From: Phyllobates terribilis
Taxonomy: Eukaryota
DNA: 64,000 bases
NCBI RefSeq assembly: GCF_046119375.1
Contig: NW_027362769.1
Coordinates: 386,384,001-386,448,000 of the forward strand
Direction: 5' to 3'
Shown piece by piece: positions 31,101-40,448 of the stretch (positions are counted from its first letter, which is position 1; every line of letters begins with the position of its first letter). Under the pieces are notes generated by a model, which saw nothing but the letters and a program-made list of their open reading frames with translations, did no database searches and was not told the origin of the DNA. A program made the translations under genes and the position numbers.

Positions 31101-34100
31101 GGAATTTTTGAGTTTTGGTTTTTCTTTTACCCGAAGAGGTGCTGAAAAAAAAAACGGATGTTAAAATAAAAAAGTGCAGGTCATTTCTTGGAAGTGGAAT
31201 CTGATGGAATCCGCTCCAAACTGGGCATTGTCCAATTAAAAGGCTGCAAAAAAAAGGAAAACAAAATACTCCGGAAATGAAAAATTGCTCCAAAAATTCC
31301 ACACAAAAAAAAAAACGATTAAAAAAACGTATAATTTTTGAACACTTCAAAAATCTTCCGTGTGAACATAGCCTTAGAATGCTCTACAACAGTGATCACA
31401 TATCATCCGACACAGAAGAAAATGCACCGATACACTGTAGCAAACCCTATACTTATGCAAGCAAGACACGATCGAGATTGGTTTCGAAGCCCTTACAGTT
31501 ATATGAAAAAGTTTGTGCACCCCTATTAATCTTAAGCTTAATGTTTTATAAAAATTGGTGTTTTTGCAGCAGCTATTTCAGTTTGATATATGTAATAACT
31601 GTTGGACACAGTAATGTTTCTGCCTTGAAATGAGGTTTATTGTACTAACAGAAAATGTGCAATCTGCATTCAAACAAAATTTGACAGGTGCATAAGTATG
31701 GGCACCCGTATCATTTTCTTGTTTTAAATACTCCTACCTACTTTTTACTGACTTACTAAAGCACTTTTTTTTTGTTTTGTAACCTCATTGAGCCTTGAAC
31801 TTCATAGCCTGGTGTATACAATCATGAGAAAAGCTACTTAAAGTGGCCACTTGCAAGTTGTTCTCCTGTTTGAATCTCCTCTGAAGAGTGGCATCATGGG
31901 CTCCTCAAAACAACTGTCAAATGATCTGAAAACAAAGATTATTCAACATAGTTGTTCAGGGGAAGGATACAAAAAGCTGTCTCAGCGATTTAACCTGTCA
32001 GTTTACACTGTGAGGAACATAGTAAGGAAATGGAAGACCACGGGGACAGTTCTTGTTAAGGCCAGAAGTGGCAGGCCAAGAAAAACATCAGAAAGGCAGA
32101 GAAGAAGAATGGTGAGATCAGTCAAGGACAATCCTCAGACCACCTCCAGAGAGCTGCAGCATCAACTTGCTGCAGATGGTGTCACTGTGCATCGGTCAAC
32201 TATACAACGCACTTTGCACAAGGAGAAGCTGTATGGGAGAGTGATGCGAAAGAAGACGTTTCTGCAAGCACGCCACAAACAGAGTCGGCTGAGGTATGCA
32301 AAAGCACATTTGGAGAAGCCAATTTCTTTTTGGAAGAAGGTCCTGTGGACTGATGAAACCAAGATTGAGTTGTTTGGTCATACAAAAAGGCGTTATGCAT
32401 GGCGGCAAAAAAACACAGCATTCCAAGAAAAACACTTGCTACCCACAGTAAAATTTGGTGGAGGTTCCATCATGCTTTGGGGCTGTGTGGCCAATGCCGG
32501 CACCGGGAATCTTGTTAAAGTTGAGGGACACATGGATTCCACTCAGTATCAGCAGATTCTTGACAATAATGTTCAAGAATCAGTGACAAAGTTGAAGTTA
32601 CGCAGGGGATGGATCTTTCAGCAAGACAATGATCCAAAACACCGCTCCAAATCTACTCAGGCATTCATGCAGAGGAACAATTACAATGTTCTGGAATGGC
32701 CATCCCAGTCCCCAGACCTGAATATCATTGAACATCTGTGGGATCATTTGAAGAGGGCTGTCCATGCTCGGCGACCATCAAACTTAACTGAACTGGAATT
32801 GTTTTGTAAAGAGTAATGGTCAAAAATACCTTCATCCAAGATCCAGGAACTCATTAAAAGCTACAGGAAGCGACTAGAGGCCGTTATTTTTGCAAAAGGA
32901 GGATCTACTAAATATTAATGTCACCTTTCTGGTGAGGTGCCCATACTTATGCACCTGTCAAATTTTGTTTGAATGCAGATTGCACATTTTCTGTTTGTAC
33001 AATAAACCTCATTTCAAGGCAGAAACATTACTGTGTCCAACAGTTATTACATATATCAAACTGAAATAGCTGTTGCAAAAACACCAATTTTTATAAAACA
33101 TTAAGCTTAAGATTAATAGGGGTGCCCAAACTTTTTCATATAACTGTAAGCGCAGACACTGTTTCCGTTCACTGATGGCCAGCAGAGATGTTGAAAATGG
33201 GGAAGAATTGAAGCACAAAGCCGACTAGAAAGTTACAGAACTTTTGTGAATATTTTTGGCTGTGGGGTCTTGATAAAATAAAGTGACACGCACTGCGTTT
33301 TATGCTTACGAAGCCGCCCACGAGCAGCAGGCAGAGCAGCGCTGAGGACAACGCCACCACCACGATGATCCAGTATCGCCCCTCCAGGAACAGCTGCCAT
33401 CCTGCCAGGAGGAAACAAGGCACTAGTCAGCGAGCTTCTGGGCTCTCTACTGTCGTATTCCATAAGTATGGTTTATGACAGTCATCAAGTGAGGCCAGGA
33501 AGCGGAGCCGGTCGGCCCCCATGGCCAGCCCTGTACCACACAGCAGCCCCATCCTTCCAGTTCTCTCACCTGTCGCGTTGCCGTGCGGAGGCGACCACTG
33601 ACATGTAGCGTTTAACACCTTTATCGTTCTGTTATTATGGCAGCAGGCACCCCCAGAATCCTTATTAATGATGGAGGTGATGATGAATGATGGCCCCTGC
33701 CTCATCACCTTGACGTTTAGCTGAGCCCTCGCTCTGTGCGCCATCGCAATCACCTCATTACCTCTGGACCACTGCATCTTGGTCCAGTTCATCGGGGCAC
33801 GGCAGGTGATCCACTCCTTCACCACATCATTCAGTTCTGTGGGGAAGAAAGAAGAGTTGTGGGGAGGACTAAGTGCCGGGGCTGAGAATCAGAGACATCA
33901 GCGATGGAAGAAAGAAGAGTTGTGGGGAGGAATAAGTGCCGGGACCAGGAATCTGTGACATCAGCGATGGAAGAAAGAAGAGTTTTGGAGAGGACTAAGT
34001 GCCTGGACCGGAAATCAGAGATTTCACCAATGGAAGAAAGAAGAGTTGTGGGAAGAACTAAATGTCGGGGGCCAGGACATCAGAGACATCAGTGATGGAA

Positions 34101-37100
34101 GAAAGAAGAGTTGTGGGGAGGAATAAGTGCTGGGGTCGGGAATCAGTGACATCAGCGATGGAAGAAAGAAAAGTTGTGGGGAGGAATAAGTGCTGGGGTC
34201 GGGAATCAGAGACATCAGCGATGGAAGAAAGAAGAGTTGTAGAGAGGATTAAGTGCTGGGGCCTGAAATCAGAGACATCAGCGATGGAAGAAAGAAGAGT
34301 TGTGGAGAGGAATAAGTGCTGGGGTCGGGAATCAGTGACATCAGCGATGGAAGAAAGAAGAGTTGTGGGGAGGAATAATTGCTGGGGCCAGAAATCAGAG
34401 ACATCAGCGATGGAAGAAAGAAGAGTTGTGGGGAGGACTAAATGTCGGGGCCGGTAATCAGTGACATCAGCGATGGAAGAAAGAAGAGTTGTGAGGACGA
34501 TTAAGTGCCGGGACCGGAAATCAGATATCAGCTTTGGAAGAAAGATGTGTTGTGGGGAGGACTAAGTGCCAGGACCGGGAATCAGAAACATCAGCGATGG
34601 AAGAAAGAAGAGTTGTGGGGAGGACTAAGTGCCGGGGCCTGGAATCAGTGACATCAGCGATTACATCACCGAAGAGGCAACCTGTTGTCATCACTAGGCA
34701 ACAATGTCTAAGACAAGGGGAAAGGCCCCCAGTTCTTATGGACCATAGCAATGTCCCCCGCTCCCACTACCCCCAACAACTTAAACAATAAGACTTTCCT
34801 CCATCACTCTAACCAAAGGCCCCCACATACAGAGGGACTCAAAACACAGAGATATTGGCAGGAGCATCCCACCGGCTGTTGTGTATAGGGTCCCCCGACA
34901 CTCCTCCAACAGGCGATGTCAGGGGCAAGGAGGACCAGGTCGAAGATTTCAACACCCGGTCATTTTGTTGTCATGGAGGATTAGCCCCTGTCAGAGAAGT
35001 CTCCAGGGGACAGAGGAGAATGGAAAGGACAGAGAAGTCTGAAGGGTACAGAGGAAAATGTTGTGAACAGAGGAGTCTTGGGGGACAGAGAAATCTGTAG
35101 GGAATAGAAGCAAATGGAGGGAACAGAGTAGTCTCGAGGGGACAGAGGAAAATGGAGTGAATGGAGGAGTTTAATGGGAACAGAGGAGTCTAATGGGAAC
35201 AGAGGAAAATGTAGGGAGCAGAAGTAAATGGAGAGGACAGAGGACACCGCCGTCCGGTCACTTTTTGCTTTACCAGAATTTGGGGAGGTGAAAATCATGG
35301 ATTATAGATCTGTAACCTCCCAACCTAAAAAGAACTCCACGCGTCGAAAAGACGGACAAAACTATGATTTTAATGTCAAAGTGCGCGCCCATAGTCCGGG
35401 TGACAACCAATAAAGCGCTAATACGGTAATGCGCTCGCAGATGTCACACAGCTTTTCCCGACTCCCGAGTGACAGATCTGCATATGATTTTATGGCGGCT
35501 GTCCATTCACGATAATGGATCAGAGCTGCAATACCAGACAAAACCTGAGGACACTGGTGGCGCTGTTTCTGGAAAAAAAGTAGATGTTTTATTGGAAAGC
35601 AAACACTTTAAGAGGTCGTAGTTGGTGCTGGGTTCGCTCCCGATGGCGGTCACGGGGATTGCTACCATCTGGAGTCCTACCTGATAGGTGAGCATCATCC
35701 ACGGAGCAGGAGTAATTGCCGGACGTGTTGTCAGGAGCGAGCTGTAGAGTCAAGTTGTTGGTATCTAACATCAGAATGATGGGAGTCATCGCCACCACCA
35801 CCCACGAGTGGTTGCTGTGCTCCTCCATCTTCAGCTTCAGCACCAGCGGGACGGGATCGGAGGAGCGATGTCTGCAGGGCAGAGAGGTGGAACCTGACAG
35901 AGATGGGAAAAGATCGCTCAGAGGCTTCGGTAATAACTGCACAATTACACACCGATAATTCCGACAAGAACTTGTACTTGCAGCTTCGGATGTGAGCGGA
36001 GGATAAAAAATAATGGAACTCGAGATATGTACAAGCAAAGCAAAAACACGTCCATTATACGACGCCATATTCTGTGTGGGGACTTATTCATAAACGTATT
36101 TCTTACATTTTAAATAGGGAAACCATCAGCAAGTTGGATATTGAATTTAGGTTCTTATTCCAGCTGTGACCTGTAGAAAGTCCCAGAAGAGCCCAGCTCG
36201 TGTTAAAGGGTCGGGGACAACACACTTATCTCTGGGGGACCCCCAGCAATCTGGAGAATGGGGCTCGGGGTCCTGCATGATCGACCTCCGCTCCATTCAT
36301 GGGGCTGCTGGAAGTAGCGGAGCAATGCTATAGAAGGGCCTCCAGGATCCAGGGCCCCATTTTCCGGATCGCTGGGGGTCTGCATGTAGCCCCCCCCCCC
36401 ATACTATCTATATTGGATAACCTTTTATTAATGGCATATCCCTTTGAGATACAAGTAGACAAATCTTCTGACTACCATCCCAGCACAGGACACTTATGTG
36501 TAAGGTCCACATGATTCTGCCCGGACTATCAGCTCATCAGATCCACATCCATTCTGTCAGCAACAGATCCGTCAGCACCAGCTTGCTGATGGTTTCCACT
36601 TTTTCCAACATTACACAAAGTAAAACAAAGTTATAGAAAACCAGGAGGCAAATGAAGATGTTACGACAAGAAGAACATTTTTTTTTAATGCTAATAAAAA
36701 ACTTATCACATAAAAAAATATGACCTTAGCCAGGTCACCCCAAAATACCAGGATAGGGATCATGGTAGGGATCGTTAGAAAAGTGATGTCAGTAATAGTT
36801 CTAGATTATGGAGAGTAGGGATCATCCCAGCATATCATAGAGAGAGAGAGACAGGATAGGGATCATGGTAGGGATCGGTAGGAAGGTGATCTAATAGTTT
36901 TTATTTTGGAGAGTAGGGATCAATACAGAATAACAAACTGAGCATAACGGCATAGGGATCACCGGAGGGGTCACTAGGCAGGTTCCACATTATGGAGAGT
37001 AGGGATCATCACAGATTACCACAGAGAACATGATAAGATAAGGATTGTTAATCAGATGATGCCAGGAATAGTTTTAGGTTATAGAGAGTAGGGATCATCA

Positions 37101-40062
37101 CAGAATAAAAGCATGACAAGGTAAGAATTACTACAGGGACCATTAGACAGCTGGGTACAGAGAGTAGGGACCATTAGACAGCTGAGTACAGAGAGTAGGG
37201 ACCATTAGACAGCAGAAGTCACTGAGTACAGAGAGTATGGGTCATTAGACAGCTGAGTACAGAAAGTAGGGACCATTAGACAGCTGAGTACAGAGAGTAG
37301 GGGCCATTAGACAGCTGAGTACAGAGAGTGGGGACCATCAGACAGTTTAAGTCACTGAGTACAGAGAGTAGGGATCATTAAACAGCTGAGTACAGATAGT
37401 AGGGATCATTAGACAGCTGAAGTCACTGAGTACAGAGAGTAGGGATCATTAGACAGCTGAGTACAGAAAGTAGGGACCAATAGACAGCTGAAGTCACTGA
37501 GTACAGAGAGAAGGGATCATATACACCTGAGTATAGAGAGTAGGGACCATTAGACAGCTGAGTACAGAGAGTAGGGATCATTAGACAGCTGAGTACAGAG
37601 AGTAGGGATCATTAGACAGCTGAAGTCACCGAGTACAGAGAGTAGGGGTCATTAGACAGCTGAGTACAGAAAGTAGGGACAATTAGACAGCTGAGTACAG
37701 AGAGTAGGGGCCATTAGACAGCTGAGTACAGAGAGTAGGGACCATTAGACAGCAGAAGTCACTGAGTACAGAGAGTATGGGTCATTAGACAGCTGAGTAC
37801 AGAAAGTAGGGACCATTAGACAGCTGAGTACAGAGAGTAGGGGCCATTAGACAGCTGAGTACAGAGAGTGGGGACCATCAGACAGTTTAAGTCACTGAGT
37901 ACAGAGAGTAGGGATCATTAAACAGCTGAGTACAGATAGTAGGGATCATTAGACAGCTGAAGTCACTGAGTACAGAGAGTAGGGATCATTAGACAGCTGA
38001 GTACAGAAAGTAGGGACCATTAGACAGCTGAAGTCACTGAGTACAGAGAGAAGGGATCATATACACCTGAGTATAGAGAGTAGGGACCATTAGACAGCTG
38101 AGTACAGAGAGTAGGGATCATTAGACAGCTGAAGTCACCGAGTACAGAGAGTAGGGGTCATTAGACAGCTGAGTACAGAAAGTAGGGACAATTAGACAGC
38201 TGAGTACAGAGAGTAGGGGCCATTAGACAGCTGAGTACAGAGAGTAGGGACCATTAGACAGCTAAAGTCACTGAGTACAGAGAGTAGGGATCATCCCAGC
38301 ATACCATAGAAAGCAAGACAGGATAGGAATCGTTGTAGGGATCGGTAAGGTGATGTAATAGTTTTTTAGTTTGGAGAGTAGGGATCATTACAGAATGCCA
38401 CACTTAGCATGACAGCATATGGATCATTAGAGGGATCACTAGGTAGATGATGACAGTAAGAGTTCTAGATTATGCAGAGTAGGGATCATCCCAGCATACC
38501 ATAGAAAGCAAGATAGGATATCTTTGTGGGGATCAGTAAGAACTTAGGTGATGTAATATTATTTTTTATTTTGGAGAGTAGGGATCGTCACAGAATAAAA
38601 GCATGCCAATGTAAGAATTACTACATGGATCATTAGACAACTGCAAAAAAATAGAGTAGGGACCATCCCAGCATACTATAGAAAGCAAGACAGGATAGGG
38701 ATCGTTGTAGGGATCGGTAAGAAGGTGATGTAATAGTTTTTTTTTTTATTTGTAATAGTCTTTTTTTTTATTTTTGGAGAGTAGGGATCATCACAGTAAA
38801 AACAGATCTTTAAAATAACAAGAAAGTGAATAATATATTCTGTACACAGAATAGGGATCATAGGGTGGACAGATAAAAAGGATCCAGATTTTGTAGGAAG
38901 AGTAGGGATCACTGTAGGAAATACATCACATAGGGTTTTATAGAAACTAACAGTCTGGAAAGAGCTGGAATCATAGAGTAGATAGAAAAAAGGGATCATG
39001 ATAAAGTGGGAAGAGTAGGGAACGCTGTAGGGAATACATCACAGGTTTATCTCTGCATATTTCTACAGCTTATCAAAGTGTAGGAAGAGTAGGGATCATC
39101 GCAGCACTCGAAGTGCACAGAATGGATCATTTTAGAATACAGAACAAAAAGAGAATAATAATTTTGAAATTCTTATAGAAAGTAGGGATCATCATAGGTT
39201 ACAGAAAGGGAAGGGATCATCATCACGGAGAGATCTTCATAGGTTACAGAAAGAGAAGGGATCATCATCACATGGGGACAGTAGGGATCATCATAGGTTA
39301 CAAAAAGGGAAGGGATTATCATCACGTAGGGACAGTAGGGATCATCATTGGTTACAGAAAGAGAAGGGATCATTATGTAGGGACAGTAGGGATCATCATA
39401 GGTTACAGAAAGAGAAGGGATCATGATCATGTAGGGGCAGTAGGGATCATCAAAGGTTAAAAAAACTGATGGGATCATCATCATGTAGGGACAGTAGGGA
39501 TCATCATAGGTTACAGAAAGGGATGAGATCATCATCACGTAGGGACAGTAGGGTCATCATAGGGCCCACATCACATAGGCATATTACATGTAGACGAAAT
39601 GAGAGGGCATCATATTTTATAGGCCAGGGATCCTATTAGTGTGGGAGAGTAGGGATCATCATTGCGGAGTGGGGAAGGATCATTGTGGAATACAGATAAG
39701 GAATTATTGTGGGTTACCCACACAGTTATTATGGGGACATAGGGATTATGACAATGTAACTAGAGTAGGGATTATTATATTATTATTAGAGTAGGGATCG
39801 TCATAGATTGTTGAATATAAGACCATGATTGGATCTATAGGACACAGGAAAGTTTTTTCTAGAATATCGAGGGCTGATTAATATAAAATGGAAAATAGTG
39901 AAAACCATAGTAGGGATGATGAAGGTGTAGGAAGAGTAGGGATCATCACTGACAGATTGGGGCACATTTCTTACCTTCTGCAGTTACCGGGATAATCCTG
40001 CTGTAATCTGGATTTTTGGCTGAGCAGGTGATCCCCAGGTAGAGGACAAGGAGAAGCAGCAT
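19121..40062 (-). CDS. cd19: CD19 B-lymphocyte co-receptor orthologue (diverged), ~464 aa model
   Basis: Exons (minus strand) 40062-39975 (gccaccATG, signal peptide [15 protein letters not shown]), 35893-35681 (GSTSLPC...SGNYSC, Ig-like), 33836-33570 (WITC...W...[12 protein letters not shown], Ig-like), 33401-33294 ([25 protein letters not shown]), 30771-30741 ([10 protein letters not shown]), 30448-30387 (FFK..RNLY), 29734-29633 (YQNV), 23994-23941 (YLEP), 23843-23787 (YEDP), 22207-22157 (YENT), 22063-21974 ([10 protein letters not shown]), 21619-21428 (DADSYENMQ), 19200-19121 (..YGGQDWT*). All phases are compatible. GSQSYEDM and DADSYENM match the human CD19 tail, and the gene is head-to-head with rabep2 as in human. 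Confidence 0.88.
19300..19860. repeat. Degenerate repeat cluster (ataataccgccata / gtactagcacca motifs)
   Basis: Recurrent motifs that are the reverse complement of the adjacent 44-bp array. Confidence 0.7.
19866..21377. repeat. 44-bp minisatellite, ~34 copies
   Basis: gttagagcagtgtatggcggtattattcaggtagtagcacaggt repeated. Confidence 0.95.
22400..23290 (-). repeat. Degenerate telomere-like (CCCTAA/CCCTAG/TCCTAA) tract
   Basis: Hexamer-based C-rich repeats such as ctaaccctagtcctaatcctag; interrupted by a MITE. Confidence 0.75.
22764..22980. mobile_element. PIF/Harbinger-like palindromic MITE
   Basis: ggccacggccccactatcagtatttgatcagtattcggtcag ... ctgaccgaatactgatcaaatactgatagtggggccgtgacc; long, near-perfect inverted arms. 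Confidence 0.75.
23428..23632. mobile_element. Palindromic MITE-like element
   Basis: ctatgcagagcgcagcagt..gatgagtttgtcattggtt versus aaccaatgacaaactcatc..actgctgcgctctgcatag. Confidence 0.55.
24790..26390. repeat. 38-39-bp minisatellite
   Basis: gggactttatcattacccgttcactcccctggacccca repeated; source of the spurious 519-aa ORF. Confidence 0.95.
26589..27803. mobile_element. Tc1/mariner-superfamily deletion derivative with ~445-bp inverted arms
   Basis: TA-flanked; arms 26589-27032 and 27359-27803 are reverse complements; centre retains transposase remnant [10 protein letters not shown]...[17 protein letters not shown] on the minus strand. Confidence 0.88.
27960..29525. repeat. 33-bp minisatellite with a 650-bp higher-order duplication
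   Basis: ccagaggtgagacctgaagaaccggacaggaggaga repeated; identical variant blocks at 28291 and 28941. Confidence 0.95.
29780..30350. repeat. A/G-rich low-complexity tract
   Basis: Poly-purine aaag/gaaa runs. Confidence 0.85.
30983..31377. mobile_element. Harbinger-like MITE
   Basis: Inverted ends ttagacgctgttcacaccg / cgtgtgaacatagccttag. Confidence 0.55.
31496..33146 (+). mobile_element. Full-length Tc1 (DD34E) transposon with ~210-bp TIRs and TA target duplication
   Basis: TA|cagttatatgaaaaagttt... and ...aaactttttcatataactg|TA; inverted repeats ~31496-31707 and ~32938-33146 are nearly identical. Confidence 0.95.
31896..32918 (+). pseudogene. Tc1 transposase, 340-codon frame with a single premature stop (TAA at 32814-32816)
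   Basis: MGSSKQLS...GRPRK...WTDETK...FQQDNDPKH...[15 protein letters not shown]...CKE*WSKIP...KGGSTKY*. The frame continues past the stop to the canonical C-terminus. Confidence 0.92.
33838..34665. repeat. 63-bp minisatellite, ~13 copies, abutting a cd19 acceptor
   Basis: agcgatggaagaaagaagagttgtggggagga..aagtgc...aatcag.gacatc repeated. Confidence 0.92.
34990..35245. repeat. Degenerate ~30-bp purine-rich repeat
   Basis: Recurrent gggacagaggaaaatg / acagaggagt motifs. Confidence 0.65.
36203..36431. mobile_element. T2/Kolobok-like MITE remnant
   Basis: Starts TTAAaggg, has an internal inverted segment and ends ggataacctttt..ttaa. Confidence 0.5.
36740..39950. repeat. gagtagggatcat-based satellite with a homogeneous 31/41-bp core (37130-38290) and 540-bp higher-order repeat
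   Basis: gagtacagagagtagggaccattagacagct units; identical blocks start at 37201 and 37741. Confidence 0.9.
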
Positions 40063-40139
40063 GGTGGCCACAGACCTGACAGGGAGTAACTGATGGCACC
40101 GATCAGTGAGCCAGAAGCACAAAGTCAAATTCTCAACAG

Positions 40140-40215
40140 CTGGGTCCCCTGGGAGGAGCGGCTGCACCTGCAGGGTGGGTGTACGGGGGGGCGCAGGCGC
40201 ATTTGCCTGCAGGAA
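40140..40215 (-). promoter_or_regulatory. Putative B-cell promoter of cd19: EBF1 site and E2A E-box
   Basis: TCCCCTGGGA (40145-40154) fits the EBF consensus TCCCNNGGGA; GCACCTGC (40164-40171) fits an E2A CAGGTG box; both lie ~80-110 bp upstream of the ATG. Confidence 0.55.
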
Positions 40216-40448
40216 GAACGAAAGGCGTCCTTATAAGTCTGAAGATCTCTCGTGTCAGATTCTCAGCAAACAACGAAACGAGAAGTTCTGGGAAGTTTAG
40301 TCAAATCTAAAGAAGAAGACAAATAACGGGAACATCACACGTTAATAATAATCATGGCCGGCAGTTTTCACACTGATCGCTGAGCGCTAAATTATCATTT
40401 TATATGTTACTTCTTATCAACAGTGAGGATACAATAAAAGAGATTATA

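Noticed and set aside
35894-36170. Possible additional Ig-like exon upstream of cd19 exon 2 (…NYRCV…)
   Set aside because: Frames entering in the required phase hit stops; the strong acceptor at 35894 explains the structure more simply.
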